A stretch of 64,000 nucleotides of DNA, from positions 8,113 through 72,112 of the forward strand of contig CAWVRN010000024.1 in NCBI GenBank assembly GCA_963932905.1, given 5' to 3'. The notes beneath the pieces were generated by a model. It did not search any database. It worked only from the letters and a program-made list of their open reading frames with translations, and was not told where the DNA came from. Shown one piece after another: positions 18,983 to 27,629 of this stretch (within the stretch, counting starts at the first letter, position 1; every line of letters begins with the position of its first letter). Source of the stretch: an uncultured Bdellovibrio sp. Its GTDB lineage: Bacteria > Bdellovibrionota > Bdellovibrionia > Bdellovibrionales > Bdellovibrionaceae. Both the position numbers and the translations under genes were made by a program.

Positions 18983-20616
18983 TTTTAAAACGTAGTGTGC
19001 TATTAGTTCTTTTAGTTAGTCTTGTTCTTCAGGCTCAAGAGGGTGAATTAACTCTTGACCCGAATGATATTCCTTTAACACCAGATCCAACTTTAGATGT
19101 TCCAACGGATAGCACGAATACGATTCAAGTTCCTAATTTAGATAATGCTGTTCCTGAACCAACAGCGCCAGTTCCAGATACGGTAACTCAGCCCGTGACC
19201 CCACCGCAAGCGGCGCCGACTCCGGCACCGGCACCGGTGGCGCCAGCCCCCGCACCTCGGATCGAAGAGCACAAACCAACACCTTCAAACTTAGAAGTAA
19301 AATCTGATTCAACGGCGGATTCTCAGAAAAAAGAAGAGCGTTTTAGTCGAGATTACACAAAATTTCACAAAGACAGTACGTCGGAACAAAACTGGGAAAA
19401 AGTAGTTGGGAAGCGTACGTCAGATACCTACATTGTTAACAAAGGTGATACGCTTTGGGATATTTCGGGAACTTTGTTTGGTGATCCGTTTTATTGGCCC
19501 AAAATTTGGTCTTTGAATAAAGACTTAATTTACAATCCGCATGTGATCTTTCCTGATATGAAAATTAAATTTTATCAGGGTAGCTCCAAAGCCGCGCCAA
19601 CGCTAGCTACGGACAATTCAAAAACTCAGGCTCCCGTTGAAATGGCTCAGGTGGCAAAACATGAAGACGCCGTGACACCGCCAGCCGTGGGAACTGAAGA
19701 AACTCCAAAGAATATTCACATCGGTCGCGGTAGTCGCAAGCTACCTAAGTTTTTTCAAGATTACAAAGCTTCCGTAAAACGAGAAATTGAAGTTCAGGTT
19801 GAAGAACAAAAAGAAGCGCCGGTTGAAGCTCGTATTACGCAAGAATTCTACATAGCTGAACAGCCTATGGCGGCCGCTGGGCATGTTGTGGAAATTCACA
19901 ATGATTACGGTTCTGCCGGTGACGGAATTTACGTTTTCATTAAATTCGACGGACAGCCCGAAGGAACGTACACGATTCTGAAGCCTGGACGACGGTTACG
20001 TCCACCATCGAAAGAAATGAACTACGATGTTGAAATTTATGAAACTGAAGGTGAAGTTAAAGTATTAGGCAAAGTGAATACGGAAGAAAACGTGTACCGA
20101 GCTAAAGTAATACGAACGAATACTTTGGTGTCGCCGGGATCGATTGCTGTCCCTGGAAAAATGAAGACATTTAAAATTTCAGATGCGGATAGAGAAACGA
20201 CAGCCAGCAAAGGACGTATCATCGGGAACTTGAGTGATTTCGGAACTGTTGGCCAAGGCAGTTTTGTGGTGATCAATCAAGGGGCTCAGACCGGCTATCA
20301 CCCCAACATGTCGCTTCCGATTTTTGAAGAGTTAGAAGTCCGTAATCGTGCCACATTAAAATCGTTTGTTAAGGAAAACCCTCAACGTATTGGAACTGTG
20401 ACCATAGTGGATGCGACAGCAAATTATTCAGTAGGGTATATAACTAAAGTTATCGACGCGATTAGTGTGAATGACATTGTTGCGGTTGCGGAAGGTGGCG
20501 AGTTTAATCCTGGCGCTCCGCGGGCGGAAAATACCGGTAACGACGCGTTAGACGCGGCTCCGGCAACAGAGTCGGCACCGACGCCTGCCGAAGAAGCTCC
20601 TATCGAAGAATTTTAA
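18979..20616 (+). CDS. Exported LysM peptidoglycan-binding protein
   Basis: Signal peptide, Pro/Ala-rich linker, LysM YIVNKGDTLWDIS...WPKIWSLN...NPHVIFP; directly upstream of dprA, a common linkage. Confidence 0.9.
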   Translation: MILKRSVLLVLLVSLVLQAQEGELTLDPNDIPLTPDPTLDVPTDSTNTIQVPNLDNAVPEPTAPVPDTVTQPVTPPQAAPTPAPAPVAPAPAPRIEEHKPTPSNLEVKSDSTADSQKKEERFSRDYTKFHKDSTSEQNWEKVVGKRTSDTYIVNKGDTLWDISGTLFGDPFYWPKIWSLNKDLIYNPHVIFPDMKIKFYQGSSKAAPTLATDNSKTQAPVEMAQVAKHEDAVTPPAVGTEETPKNIHIGRGSRKLPKFFQDYKASVKREIEVQVEEQKEAPVEARITQEFYIAEQPMAAAGHVVEIHNDYGSAGDGIYVFIKFDGQPEGTYTILKPGRRLRPPSKEMNYDVEIYETEGEVKVLGKVNTEENVYRAKVIRTNTLVSPGSIAVPGKMKTFKISDADRETTASKGRIIGNLSDFGTVGQGSFVVINQGAQTGYHPNMSLPIFEELEVRNRATLKSFVKENPQRIGTVTIVDATANYSVGYITKVIDAISVNDIVAVAEGGEFNPGAPRAENTGNDALDAAPATESAPTPAEEAPIEEF

Positions 20617-20688
20617 TTCGAACGGCGATCATCAGATTCCAAATTGAAAATCTAAAATGGGAATCAGTTATGCTCGGATGCCTAACTG

Positions 20689-21534
20689 ATGTCGCCAATT
20701 TATCCATTTCTATTTTTCCTTTCCAAGCATAAGTTGTTTTTCCATTATCAGGATCGAGTTTTAGATGTCTTGCTTCGGCATCCATCGAATAACTACGGCA
20801 TAATTAAAAAAGAAATCGAAGCGCTAAATCCAGAACTTGTTTTTGATACCTTTGCATTGTTGCGGACAGAACAACAACCATTTATCGACGGGCCTATTTG
20901 TCGACTCCGTTTTGGAGAGCCTGATTACCCAGTGGAATTTACGCAGCTCGTAGATCCGCCATTAGTGTTTAGTTATGTTGGCCAGCCAATTTGGAAGCAA
21001 GATAAAATTGCGATAGTGGGAAGCCGTCATCCTTCGCAAAAAACTTTGTGGTGGTTGCGTAAAGAATTGGGAACAGTTCTATCTAAATATAATTTAGTTT
21101 CTGTCAGCGGTGGGGCGATCGGTGTGGATCAATTGGCTCATCAAGCTAGTGTCGATCTAAAGATGCCGACAATCGCAATTTTGCCTTCAGGAATTAGTAA
21201 TATGTACCCAAAAAATTTTACTTCTTTAAGCGAAGACATTCTAAAATATGGCGGTTGTATCTTGAGTGAATTTCAAGACCAGTTGTCGGTATACAGACAT
21301 CATTTCAGTCATCGTAATCGGTTGATAGCAGCATTAGGGAAAGTGTCTATTATTGTAGAAGCGCGCGCCAAGAGTGGAACTGCGATTACTGCGCATCGTG
21401 CGTTAGAATTGGGCAAAGATTTGTTTGTGGTTCCTGGGCACCCCTTGGATGAAAGTTTTCATGGCAGCTTGCAATTGCTAAAAATGGGCGCTCATGTGAT
21501 GACCGAATCGTCTGACCTCAGTTATTGGTTATAG
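20689..21534 (+). CDS. dprA: DNA-processing protein DprA
   Basis: AIVGSR, VSGGAIGVD..AH, RNRLIAAL, VEA...SGT..TA. Confidence 0.93.
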   Translation: MSPIYPFLFFLSKHKLFFHYQDRVLDVLLRHPSNNYGIIKKEIEALNPELVFDTFALLRTEQQPFIDGPICRLRFGEPDYPVEFTQLVDPPLVFSYVGQPIWKQDKIAIVGSRHPSQKTLWWLRKELGTVLSKYNLVSVSGGAIGVDQLAHQASVDLKMPTIAILPSGISNMYPKNFTSLSEDILKYGGCILSEFQDQLSVYRHHFSHRNRLIAALGKVSIIVEARAKSGTAITAHRALELGKDLFVVPGHPLDESFHGSLQLLKMGAHVMTESSDLSYWL

Positions 21535-21553
21535 TTGAAATAAGTATTTGCAT

Positions 21554-21608
21554 AAAAAAATGGCGCTAGCTCGGTCCGTCGTCGTCACTCAGATCGGATC
21601 TAGCTAGC
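21554..21608 (-). other. GC-rich hairpin followed by a T-tract on the minus strand (lptF terminator or small RNA)
   Basis: GCTAGCT...AGCTAGC outer stem with an inner GGTCCG/CGGATC stem; A7 run at 21554-21560. Confidence 0.45.
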
Positions 21609-21675
21609 TAACTTGTTGGATTGCTAAAAAAATAAGCCAACTTCGAAAAAAAATTAAAAACTATTAAAAAAGTCT

Positions 21676-21704
21676 TTGATAAATTTTAACAGATTAGATT
21701 TAAT
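21676..21704 (+). promoter_or_regulatory. Putative sigma70 promoter of the candidate sRNA
   Basis: TTGATA-N17-TTTAAT in an AT-rich stretch, about 7 nt before the structured region. Confidence 0.5.
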
Positions 21705-21711
21705 TAATATT

Positions 21712-21778
21712 AAGGGAGGGGCGATGTCGTCACGGACGACGGTCGTGGTAAGGAAGCTACTGCATCGCTCTATTTTTT
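21712..21778 (+). ncRNA. Candidate CsrA/RsmA-binding small RNA
   Basis: Closing stem GGGGCGATG/CATCGCTCT around hairpins TCGTC-ACGGAC-GACGG and GTGGT-AAGGAA-GCTAC; T-tract follows; promoter-like element upstream. Confidence 0.55.
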
Positions 21779-21796
21779 CCTTGTTCTTAAAGTCGA

Positions 21797-22900
21797 TTAT
21801 CTGACTTGTTTCTTCAGTAAATACAAACTGTAAAGTCCGAAAAGAATGTTGGGTGTCCAAATCGCAATTGGTGCTGGTAGAGCGTTTGAGCGGGCGATAC
21901 CTTCAAAACTAACGTACAAAATCCAGTAGATAATAATGACGATAATCGATAGGACAAACCCACTAGTTTTTTGTTCTCGGCGATTGGCCTCGATACCTAA
22001 ACCGACACCGACTAAAGCAAACACAAAGCAAAGAATCGTGATAGCCCAACGTTTATGGAACTCAATAACGAAGATATTGCGGTCTTCTTTACGTTGCATC
22101 TCGTCGTTTTTCAAATGATAGAGATCATTCAGGGTCATCGATTGCGGCGATTTTTCTTTGTATTCATTTTTCACGGGATCAATTAGTTGCAGATCGTAAG
22201 TAGAGAATTTGATTTTTGTGTGACTTTCTCCACCGCGATGGATGTCGCCATTTTCCAAACGAAGCAGCACGCGATGTCCAGGGTTGCTGGGATCAGGAAT
22301 GATCTCGCCTTGTTTCGCAATGATGGTGATGGGTTTATCCGTATCACGTTCGTTGTAGATAAATAGATTCTTCAAAACGCCAGTGTTCGTGTCGACTTCA
22401 TTAGCGTAAACAACTAAATCGAAAAAACCTTCTGAAAACGTCCCGGCCTTGACGGTTGCAGAGGCTTTAGTATTACCAAGTTTGGTGAACAGAACTTCAA
22501 ACTGACGATTTCCCCAGGGTGCTAATTCAAACGATGTCTGACCCGAAACAACTGACACAACTAGCGCTAGCAACAATGCGGGGGCCATGATTGTCTTCAT
22601 CGATAAACCGCTGGCTTTCATCGCAATGATTTCAGAATCTTGGCTTAGCCGTCCATACGTAATCAAAATCGAAAACAAAAGGCTCATAGGAAACAAAATC
22701 GGCAGCATTGAAATGCAAATGTACATCACGATCTCGCTGAGCGTTTGCGTTTCAACACCGTGAACAAGCGCAAATTCGGTCAGGCGCAGAACCTGAAACA
22801 TAAGGATGACGAAAACAAATACGAGTAAGCCCAAGAGAAAGCTAGGTACCATCTCGAAAAAGATATACTGAATTGCTTTTTTACCTCTAATTACCGGCAT
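21797..22900 (-). CDS. lptF: LPS export permease LptF
   Basis: YGRLSQDSEIIAMKASG, EFHKR, IWTPN; LptF/G topology. Start uncertain (22900 or 22915). Confidence 0.88.
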   Translation of the reverse strand: MPVIRGKKAIQYIFFEMVPSFLLGLLVFVFVILMFQVLRLTEFALVHGVETQTLSEIVMYICISMLPILFPMSLLFSILITYGRLSQDSEIIAMKASGLSMKTIMAPALLLALVVSVVSGQTSFELAPWGNRQFEVLFTKLGNTKASATVKAGTFSEGFFDLVVYANEVDTNTGVLKNLFIYNERDTDKPITIIAKQGEIIPDPSNPGHRVLLRLENGDIHRGGESHTKIKFSTYDLQLIDPVKNEYKEKSPQSMTLNDLYHLKNDEMQRKEDRNIFVIEFHKRWAITILCFVFALVGVGLGIEANRREQKTSGFVLSIIVIIIYWILYVSFEGIARSNALPAPIAIWTPNILFGLYSLYLLKKQVR

Positions 22901-22976
22901 AGACCATTGTCTCACTCGCTGAGGTTCTTTGAGAGAACCGTTGAATACCTAAAACCTCACTAATATTATAAACTTA

Positions 22977-24035
22977 ATGAGTAAAATACTGCTTGTCTAT
23001 GACGATTTTGCTGAGCTAAATGCGACTGAACTCTCTTTGAAGAAAAGCGGCTTTGACGTCATCGGCTTGACTAACGAATACACTATAAAAGATCAGATCG
23101 TTTCCTTTAATCCCGATATCTTGGTGGGCTTTGGAAATAGTCAGCGCGTAGGATCGTTAAGCGTTGGAAAAAAGCTAAAAGACATGAATCGCTGGACAGG
23201 GAAATCAGTTTTGATTTTCCCGAAAAGCTACGAACTGCCTGCGGAAGAGCTGCTTCGCATGCGTATGGATATGCTGCTGGAATCACCGATTTCGGTAATT
23301 CGACTCATCCAAATTATTTGTAAACTTTTAAAGTTAGATGAAAAGGCAGTCATTGAAAAATTAGCGAAATCATTTGCGAAAGATCGACATGATGATTTGG
23401 CATTTGCTTCTTATGATTCTGATACTGTGAAAGTCATTCAGCATATTCAAGGTGAACTTGAAAATTTCAACGCTGAAAAACCGCAGGCTCTGCCTGAAGA
23501 AAGTGCTCCTGCCATAGGGAAAGTCGACCAAGAAGAGAATACTGGAGACGTTGCTGTCGAACCCGAGCGCCCGATAAAGAAGAGTTTTTTTGAAGAGGAA
23601 AAATCAGAATCTCCCGTTGTTGAAGCTAAGTCGGATGATCCTTTCGCTGCGTTGATAAATGAACTTAAAGGTGAAGCTAAAAGCAATCCTAAAACCGAAG
23701 TTAAATTAGAACCCAAGGTCGAAGTTAAACCTCAAACGGCTAAACCTGCCGTCATTTTACCAGATGACGAGGTTTTAGATTTCAATGTTGTCGGACGTCA
23801 AATCAAAGACGAGGTTGCTCAAGCTGCCTCAGAACTCAGCGAAAAGGTAAAAAAATACACGCAGATGACCGCGGAATTACACCTCTACCCAGAGTCGACG
23901 ATTAAAAAGGTTAAGGCTAAAAAACAGCTGAATAATCTAAAAAAAGGCTGGAGTGCCGATGAGTTAGAAGAGCAAGATAAAGCTCGCCGCGAGTTCGTTG
24001 CCGCGCTCATGAAATCCTCTAAGACCGAAAACTGA
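22977..24035 (+). CDS. Protein with degenerate N-terminal receiver-like domain and acidic linker
   Basis: KILLVYDD...GFDV...PDILVG is REC-like but lacks the phosphoacceptor Asp; E/K/P-rich middle; helical C-terminus. Confidence 0.65.
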   Translation: MSKILLVYDDFAELNATELSLKKSGFDVIGLTNEYTIKDQIVSFNPDILVGFGNSQRVGSLSVGKKLKDMNRWTGKSVLIFPKSYELPAEELLRMRMDMLLESPISVIRLIQIICKLLKLDEKAVIEKLAKSFAKDRHDDLAFASYDSDTVKVIQHIQGELENFNAEKPQALPEESAPAIGKVDQEENTGDVAVEPERPIKKSFFEEEKSESPVVEAKSDDPFAALINELKGEAKSNPKTEVKLEPKVEVKPQTAKPAVILPDDEVLDFNVVGRQIKDEVAQAASELSEKVKKYTQMTAELHLYPESTIKKVKAKKQLNNLKKGWSADELEEQDKARREFVAALMKSSKTEN

Positions 24036-24135
24036 AGAAATTGCTTAGTTTTGAGCCACTTTATTCTGCGCTGGCTCCCAAATATAGACAATGTCTCTAT
24101 AAAGGATTATTGTTGAGCTATCGGAGGATGAATCT

Positions 24136-24465
24136 ATGGGTTCAACTACAAATACAGTAACTGACAGCTCTTTTGAAACAGACGTTCTTAATTCAAACAC
24201 GCCGGTGCTAGTGGATTTCTGGGCCGAGTGGTGTGGACCATGCCGTGCTTTAGGTCCTAAATTAGAAGAGATTGCTGGTGAGATGGCTGGTAAAGTCAAA
24301 GTCGTAAAATTGAATGTAGACGAAAACCAAGAAACACCATCAAAGTATGGCATCCGCGGGATACCTGCGATGTTACTTTTTAAAGGTGGTACACAAGTAG
24401 GACAGTTGGTTGGTAATCAACCCAAAGATTCTATCGTTGATTTCTTAAACAGAAATATCGTTTAG
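24136..24465 (+). CDS. trxA: Thioredoxin
   Basis: WCGPC active site, 109 aa. Confidence 0.97.
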   Translation: MGSTTNTVTDSSFETDVLNSNTPVLVDFWAEWCGPCRALGPKLEEIAGEMAGKVKVVKLNVDENQETPSKYGIRGIPAMLLFKGGTQVGQLVGNQPKDSIVDFLNRNIV

Positions 24466-24468
24466 TTA

Positions 24469-25281
24469 ATGAATTTTTACAGCAAGCTTGATCATATCAC
24501 ACAGAAAAATAAATCGTTTCTGTGTGTTGGTTTAGATCCCGACTTGAAGTCTTTGCCCGAAGTTCTTTCGGGCAAAAAAAATCCTTTCTTTGAATTTAAT
24601 CGCGCTATTATAGATGCTACGGCTGACTTGGTTTGTGCTTACAAACCTCAGAATGCCTATTACGTGGCTGAAGGTTTCGAGCGTGATTTAGAAATGACCT
24701 TTGAATATCTGAACGACAAGTATCCTTCTGTCGTAAGTATCTTAGATTCTAAGCGTGGTGATATTGATTCGACAGCAAAACAATATGCACGTGAATCATT
24801 TGATCGCTACAAAGCGGACAGTGTGACGTTGAATGCCTACATGGGCAAAGATGTGATCACGCCCTTTTTAGAATACGAAAACAAAGGTTTGTTCCTGTTA
24901 TGCAAAACTTCAAATCCTCACGGTGGTGATTTTCAAGATTTGAACGTGGGCGATGAGCCTTTGTATCAGCATCTTGCACGTAAAGCTTCTAAAGAGTGGA
25001 ATCAGAAAAATAATTTAGGTTTAGTTGTTGGTGGCACCTACATCGACGCCTTGAGGCAGATTCGACAAATGGATGCCAATATGCCGTTGCTGATTCCTGG
25101 ACTAGGCGCTCAAGGCGGGGATTTGAACCAAATTCTAGATACAGCTAAACACTTAAAAAACAAACGCATCATTGTAAATGCATCTCGCTCTATCATATAT
25201 GCCGGTAAGGGTGCCGATTTCGCAGATAAGGCCAGACAAAAGGCGCTGGACTATCACAACGTCATGAAGACGTTTATTTAG
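24469..25281 (+). CDS. pyrF: Orotidine-5'-phosphate decarboxylase (type 2)
   Basis: LCVGLDP, DSKRGDI, KTSNP, LIPGLGAQGG, NASRSI. Confidence 0.96.
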   Translation: MNFYSKLDHITQKNKSFLCVGLDPDLKSLPEVLSGKKNPFFEFNRAIIDATADLVCAYKPQNAYYVAEGFERDLEMTFEYLNDKYPSVVSILDSKRGDIDSTAKQYARESFDRYKADSVTLNAYMGKDVITPFLEYENKGLFLLCKTSNPHGGDFQDLNVGDEPLYQHLARKASKEWNQKNNLGLVVGGTYIDALRQIRQMDANMPLLIPGLGAQGGDLNQILDTAKHLKNKRIIVNASRSIIYAGKGADFADKARQKALDYHNVMKTFI

Positions 25282-25317
25282 ACTTATCCAATTCATTACT
25301 TCTGATAAAATAAAAGA

Positions 25318-26475
25318 ATGGAAGCTGTTCGTTGCCGACATTTCAACGGTTATAAACCTTGTTCTAAAAGTTCATCCTGCAATGATCAATGTCATAGTTA
25401 TTCACCTGCTGATAAAGCGTTATTGGTTATTCATCTAGGTGCGATGGGTAGTGTGGTTCGTTCGACGGCTTTGCTAAGAAAAATCAAAGAACAAAATCCA
25501 GATAGCTATATCGTTTGGCTGACTGAAAAGCCCAGTCACGAGATTTTAAAAAATCATCCGGCTATTGATAAAATTTTAGAATTAAATTTTGAATCGTTGC
25601 TAAGTTTGAAAGCGTTTGAATTTGAAACTGTGTATGCACTGGATAAAGATTTAAAGACGGCGGGACTGTTACCGTTCTTAAACGCCAAGACAATCAAAGG
25701 TTTTTCTGCGAATCCCATCACGGGCTGTATTCAGCCGATGGATAGTGATGCTCAAGAACTGTGGAGTATCGGAATATCGAATCAAAAAAAGTTTTTTGAA
25801 AATACGAAATCGGAAATTCAGTTGCTATTCGAAACGTGTGGATTTGAGTTTTCGAATCAGAAATATTGGTTGCAATTATCTGAACAAGAACAGCTTGGAA
25901 GTCAGCAACGTCGCCGTGAATGGTTGGGTGCTAAAAAGTATTTAATTGGCATAAATACGGGCTGTGGCAACGTGATTGCCTATAAAAAAATGTCGACAGC
26001 CTCGCAGATTAAATTGATTGAAAAAATCAAACATCGGCTGCCCCTAGCTCAGATTGTTTTACTTGGTGGAAAAGACGAAACCGTCATTAATGATGAAATA
26101 CATAGGCATCATCCTGATGTGATTTTATCAGACACTCAAAAAGGTCTGCGTGATGGATTGCAAAGTATTTATGCCGTGGATGTGTTAATCAGCGGTGATT
26201 CATTTGCTATGCACGCAGGAATTGCATTTGATAAATTCACTTTAGCGTGGTTTGGGCCTACCTGTGCGCACGAAGTAGAGTTTTATGGTAATGGTGCGGC
26301 TATAAAATCTGACTTTGCTTGTAGTCCTTGTTGGAAGAGAGATTGTAGTATCGAGCGAATGTGCTATGATTATCCCGATATTGAACAGTTTGTGATCCAT
26401 TTATTAGAATGGCAGCAAGCCAAAAAGGATAAAGAGAGCACCAGCGACGTTACTTTCCTTGATGTTTCTCTTTAA
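25318..26475 (+). CDS. GT9 (heptosyltransferase-like) glycosyltransferase
   Basis: LGAMGSVVRST, GDSFAMH, WFGPT, C-terminal CSPC cluster. Confidence 0.88.
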   Translation: MEAVRCRHFNGYKPCSKSSSCNDQCHSYSPADKALLVIHLGAMGSVVRSTALLRKIKEQNPDSYIVWLTEKPSHEILKNHPAIDKILELNFESLLSLKAFEFETVYALDKDLKTAGLLPFLNAKTIKGFSANPITGCIQPMDSDAQELWSIGISNQKKFFENTKSEIQLLFETCGFEFSNQKYWLQLSEQEQLGSQQRRREWLGAKKYLIGINTGCGNVIAYKKMSTASQIKLIEKIKHRLPLAQIVLLGGKDETVINDEIHRHHPDVILSDTQKGLRDGLQSIYAVDVLISGDSFAMHAGIAFDKFTLAWFGPTCAHEVEFYGNGAAIKSDFACSPCWKRDCSIERMCYDYPDIEQFVIHLLEWQQAKKDKESTSDVTFLDVSL

Positions 26476-26484
26476 ATAAAAAGA

Positions 26485-27627
26485 ATGAACCATCATCATC
26501 AGATAGTGCCTTTTACTAAAGAAACTGCAGAGACACGTATTGTTGTTATTAACACGGCATTCCTTGGTGATTTGGTTCTGACCATTCCATTCTTAGTTTT
26601 ATTAAGACAAAAATTCACTCGTGCAAAGATTGCTTTGGTTTGTAAAAAGGGGATTGGTGACTTCTTTTTGAAATTGAAATTGGTAGATGAAATTTTTGAA
26701 GTGCTAAAGGGATCAGGGGACGCCTACGCGGCAGTCGCAGAAAATATCAATCGGCAACCAGTGGATTTCTTGTTTTGTATTCATCGGTCATTTCGAAGCT
26801 ATTTATTGTCGCTAAGAATCAAAGCTAACTGCCGTGTCGGTTATAAATTAAATTTTAATTGGTTTGGTTACCAGAGAAAAGTGTGTCGTAATCTAAATAT
26901 TCCAGAACCACTCAGGATTCTGCAATTGTTGGCGTTAGTCGACGGAATGTTTGCTGATTTTTTTGCGACGGAGTCTAAATATCATAACTACAACGAAAAA
27001 TTGAATACACAGCACATGGTGGAAGTTCCTCGCTGGGCGCACTTTCCGCATGTTTCGTTGCCGCCAGTCCATCATGAAGTGAAACCTGAGATTCAATCGA
27101 TGTTAAATCTGTTGCCGGTAGGTGCTAAACGCGTCGCTGTTTTTCCTGGCAGCGTTTGGAATACTAAACGATGGCCAGTCGAGCATTTTGCCTCGCTGGT
27201 AGATCAACTCTTAAAACGTAATCATTCGGTGGTGCTGATGGGTGGGCCGGGTGAGGAAGTCTATGGTGATGCGATCTTTCAGAAATTGGGGGACGTTACG
27301 GGGCTTGTTAACCTGATTGGAAAATCGTCGGTGTGGGAATCGATTCTAATTTTGCATCAATGTGAACTCGTCGTTGCAAACGATAGCGCTTCGGCGCATT
27401 TGGCCGCGTTGCTGGGAAAGAAAATTTTGGTATTTTTTGGACCAACAGTTTTGGATTTTGGTTATCGTCCATGGGGCAACCAAGTGTACGTGATGGAAAA
27501 CAATCAACTCAGATGTCGTCCGTGTGGATCACATGGACATAACGAATGTCCGATTAAGACTCATGTGTGTATGACGTCGATCAGTGCGGACTCCGCTTTT
27601 AAAAAAGTGGAATCCATTTTGGGTTAA
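26485..27627 (+). CDS. GT9 (WaaF-like) glycosyltransferase
   Basis: FLGDLVLT, PGSVWNTKRWP, NDSASAHLA, FGPT. Confidence 0.92.
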   Translation: MNHHHQIVPFTKETAETRIVVINTAFLGDLVLTIPFLVLLRQKFTRAKIALVCKKGIGDFFLKLKLVDEIFEVLKGSGDAYAAVAENINRQPVDFLFCIHRSFRSYLLSLRIKANCRVGYKLNFNWFGYQRKVCRNLNIPEPLRILQLLALVDGMFADFFATESKYHNYNEKLNTQHMVEVPRWAHFPHVSLPPVHHEVKPEIQSMLNLLPVGAKRVAVFPGSVWNTKRWPVEHFASLVDQLLKRNHSVVLMGGPGEEVYGDAIFQKLGDVTGLVNLIGKSSVWESILILHQCELVVANDSASAHLAALLGKKILVFFGPTVLDFGYRPWGNQVYVMENNQLRCRPCGSHGHNECPIKTHVCMTSISADSAFKKVESILG

Positions 27628-27629
27628 TA

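Noticed and set aside
19150..19260. CCGGCA-type short repeats
   Set aside because: They encode the Pro/Ala linker of the LysM protein; not a separate DNA repeat.
21621..21640. TTGGC...TAGC on the minus strand as a sigma54 promoter
   Set aside because: GG to GC spacing is 12, not the required 10.
21654..21860. 68-aa minus-strand ORF across the dprA-lptF gap
   Set aside because: Overlaps the lptF end out of frame and crosses the structured and AT-rich region; no RBS.
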